Source of the DNA: Takakia lepidozioides
Lineage: Eukaryota; Plantae; Bryophyta
DNA length: 64,000 nucleotides
Assembly: GCA_030704615.1 (NCBI GenBank)
Contig: CM060733.1
Location: forward strand, 46,562,001-46,626,000
Direction of reading: 5' to 3'
In this document: piece by piece, positions 61,327 to 64,000 of the stretch
Layout of the letters: each line of letters begins with the position of its first letter
Numbering within the stretch: the first letter of the stretch is position 1
The notes under the pieces: model-generated
What the model was told of the DNA's origin: nothing
Seen by the model: the letters and a program-made list of their open reading frames with translations, nothing else
Database searches by the model: none
Made by a program: the position numbers and the translations under genes

Positions 61327-62318
61327 ATGGCTTCCTCCGAAGCGGAGTTTTACTCTGTGGAGAAACCAGTACCTTTCTCGAAGGAGACCGATGACAATGG
61401 TTTTGCAATTGCGGAGGAACATCTCCTAGCAACGCGTTTCGAGTTCCAGTATGGTACTGTGTGGCTGGAAAGAGAGGTTTACAGTGTCGATGGGAAGTTG
61501 AAGAAGTATGCTTTCCAGAAACCGGATGAAAACGCACTTATGAGTCAGTGGAGAGTTCCTCCAGGAAGATACAGAGTCCTTGGAGCTCCTCGCCGGCAGT
61601 CGATTGGTTCGTATGTGACGCCGAGAACTGCTGCTTCTGTTGTTCAAGACAAGAGGAATGTGGTCGTGAAGACGGAGCCCACAACTTCCAGTCTCCGACT
61701 CCTCGGAGGAGGACGTTCCGAAAATTCCTTTTCTTGCTCCTTCTCCGGTGGTCGTGGTGCCGGAATTGAAGGACCTGTGTAGTGTCATTCCTAAACTGAA
61801 GTCAATGGGAGGAATGCCCGGTTTCAAGAGTGAATTGCGGGGGATTGACTGGGACACTGTCCTTGTTGAGCGTGTGCAGTACCTTCCAAAATCTTTTGAT
61901 GGGGATGTCGTCTTCGCGCTGCCTCCACCTGGGCGGGGTGGACCCGTTTCGAGCCTCATGCACGGAATGGATAAGAGACATGATGGACACCCATGGTGCA
62001 GAACGAAGACATCCAATATTCAAAATGATGACAAGCTCGTGTTCAGGAGAGCGGTGTGCAATGGGCACCCGAGGTGCGAGAATTTGAGTTGGAGACATTT
62101 CCTGCGGTCAGAGGTTCAGAACCAGAGTGAGTGGGAGGGTGTCGCCGAGAATCCTTTCAAGCCCGGTGAAGCACCTCCAAGCTCCAACACTTTTGTTTGC
62201 AAGTTCTGCAAACGAGCACCTTTCTGTGTGGCAGTGTGTGGAGCAAGAATGTACTATGTGGTGCACCGTTTTCCAACCTTGACTAGAGCCGGTGTGCGTG
62301 CGTTTCGGGTTCCACAAC
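61327..62318 (+). pseudogene. MULE transposase 5' part (copy 2), frameshifted and truncated after the GCM-like domain
   Basis: MASSEAEFYS...HGMDKRHDGHPWCRTKTSNIQNDDKLVFRR is closely similar to the 33560 protein; homology stops at FGFHNH. Confidence 0.88.
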
Positions 62319-64000
62319 CACTACAACAAATTGCGGCTTTTACGTCTCTGTGTTATGACTGCAAATGCAGTCATGGAAGCCATTTACGACTTCCTGACTC
62401 TGCAGACGTAAAGACCTAGTCAGTTGTGACATGGCAGATATGACTCTCCAGGCTGGCTGTCACGTGGCGCCAGAGCAGCTGTGGGGGTAGTCATACACGC
62501 TGGCTTTACTGAATGACTGAACGGACAGTGTAGTCCATGTCAGCGGCTGTGCAAGAGTGGCACGTGCTCGATGCAGGAAATGACACGTGGTAGAGTTTAG
62601 CTCTCCATGACTGCAAACTATGACTACGGGTGTGCTAATCCGGTTGCAACACGTGGCGCATTGCAGTTTTTACACGTGGTCCATCAGCAGATTGACATGT
62701 GTCATGATGGGTGTTTTTTTGGGGTGTATTGCTATTTTTTTACATATTTGTATTTCTGCCACGTGGTGTAGCACTATTGGAGAGTGAAAATAGATGTAGT
62801 CATTATTATGACTATGATAGCAGTCATGTACATGTCTATTACAACAATGAAATATAATATATAATACAAAGAGAACAAGGCAGCAAGACATAACTGCAAC
62901 AAGCTGAGCAAAACCAAGAGATTGCACACCATCTCTATTTACCAATCTATTTATCATTATCATTTTTGTTGCGATCTAAAAATACATTAAATAGTCGCAT
63001 GTTCTCATGTGAATTATTTTGTCTAACTATAACACTTTGAAAAGTGTTCACCCAGAATCTTCTAACTACTCATGTATTCCATCAATCTGCAACCCATCAA
63101 AAATGGCTTGCATGGCTTTAAGAATTACTACAGCAAGGACATTTGTTTGTTTTCCAAGTTCTTGCATAAGATGCACCAACCAATATTGCATTGTGAGACA
63201 CTCACTCGCTATACTCCAAAGCGTCCAGGGAAGGTCACTGAGCAACCTGCCAAGGCGGAAACAATTAAGAGAATTATCTAATACCATATATGAAAAACCA
63301 ATGCCAGTGTTGTTTATGGTAACTTCTATCCCATGTCCTAAACAAACCAAAGCAAAAAGGTTGGTGTGTATTGGCGAAGTCGTCAGATACTTCACAAAGA
63401 AACATGCACTAAAAATGAAACCCAGGATGATAGGAAGGTCACTCACGTTTATACAAAGACATCTTGCCCATTGCCCAGCACCCTGCGTCACCCACACTCT
63501 ATCTCTATTCCTTCAGCTATCCTTGCCTCTGCACAAATCAAGCATTCATCCTTGCTTTGCTGCTAGCAGCTGACAATGACAGCCTACATTTGTTCTAGGA
63601 AACACCCAACTCAGCGTAGCACACTAGTTCCTATGCTGAATTGTGTCTGCTACTCTCTGAAATGTAGCAGGCATTCACCTTTCTGCCCGGTTGACCCATC
63701 AGTGACTGGGCTCAGATAAGTTTCATTCCACAGCTTCTCCTCATCTCTGTTACCTATTTTTTGACACTTTCATGTTGTCACATTGGCAGGATCATGTCAA
63801 AGTCACTCCAAACTAGATTCACTCAACCAGCTAACTTGCAGAATTGAACATGTAAATTTAGGGCCGATTCTGATAAGAGGGAAAAACAGGGTGAAATATG
63901 TTGAAGAAGATGCCTTCATTAGCAGTGCCTGATTTTATCACTTGTGCCGCTGCTCCCAGTTGACCATCTACCCATGCAGGTTTCTTGTAGCTATTGATCC
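62319..64000. mobile_element. Possible CACTA (En/Spm) element left end, running off the window
   Basis: CACTACAACAAA begins where transposase homology stops, followed by repeated CACGTGG motifs. No second terminus or recognisable protein in the window. Confidence 0.45.

Larger units (their letters stand above)
54843..62318. mobile_element. MULE copy 2 (same orientation as copy 1), right part interrupted
   Basis: Starts GAGGGATGCTTCTACGTGAGC, matching the copy 1 left terminus. Same subterminal CACG and ggatga-rich region, same divergent gene pair. Confidence 0.85.

Noticed and set aside
63019-63573. ORFs 63019-63573 (+) and 63066-63497 (-) as annotated genes
   Set aside because: No recognisable domain and no confident exon structure.

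Overview
This is repeat-rich eukaryotic DNA, most likely from a non-seed land plant (inference from gene content and GT-AG introns). Left third: a minus-strand, 14+ exon gene for a secreted filamin/Ig-repeat (GEX2-like) protein, running off the left edge, with LINEs of two families in its introns. Middle: a nucleostemin/GNL3 (NSN1-like) GTPase pseudogene broken by a LINE insertion, a clean ~1 kb inversion and truncations at both ends. Right: nested transposons (Ty3/gypsy chromovirus end, hAT, probable CACTA, repeat arrays). The main discovery is a Mutator-like element family present three times (27568-37707, 44398-48883, 54843-62318); the first two have 9-bp TSDs. Head-to-head with a GCM-like/DDE/SWIM transposase, the family carries an intron-containing gene fusing a ParB/Sulfiredoxin-like domain to a beta-class N4C/N6A DNA methyltransferase-like domain. 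Non-coding parts of these elements hold element-specific short palindromes that could be binding sites for that protein. All three copies of this cargo gene are degenerate, so function is inferred, not shown. All alignments were made by eye.
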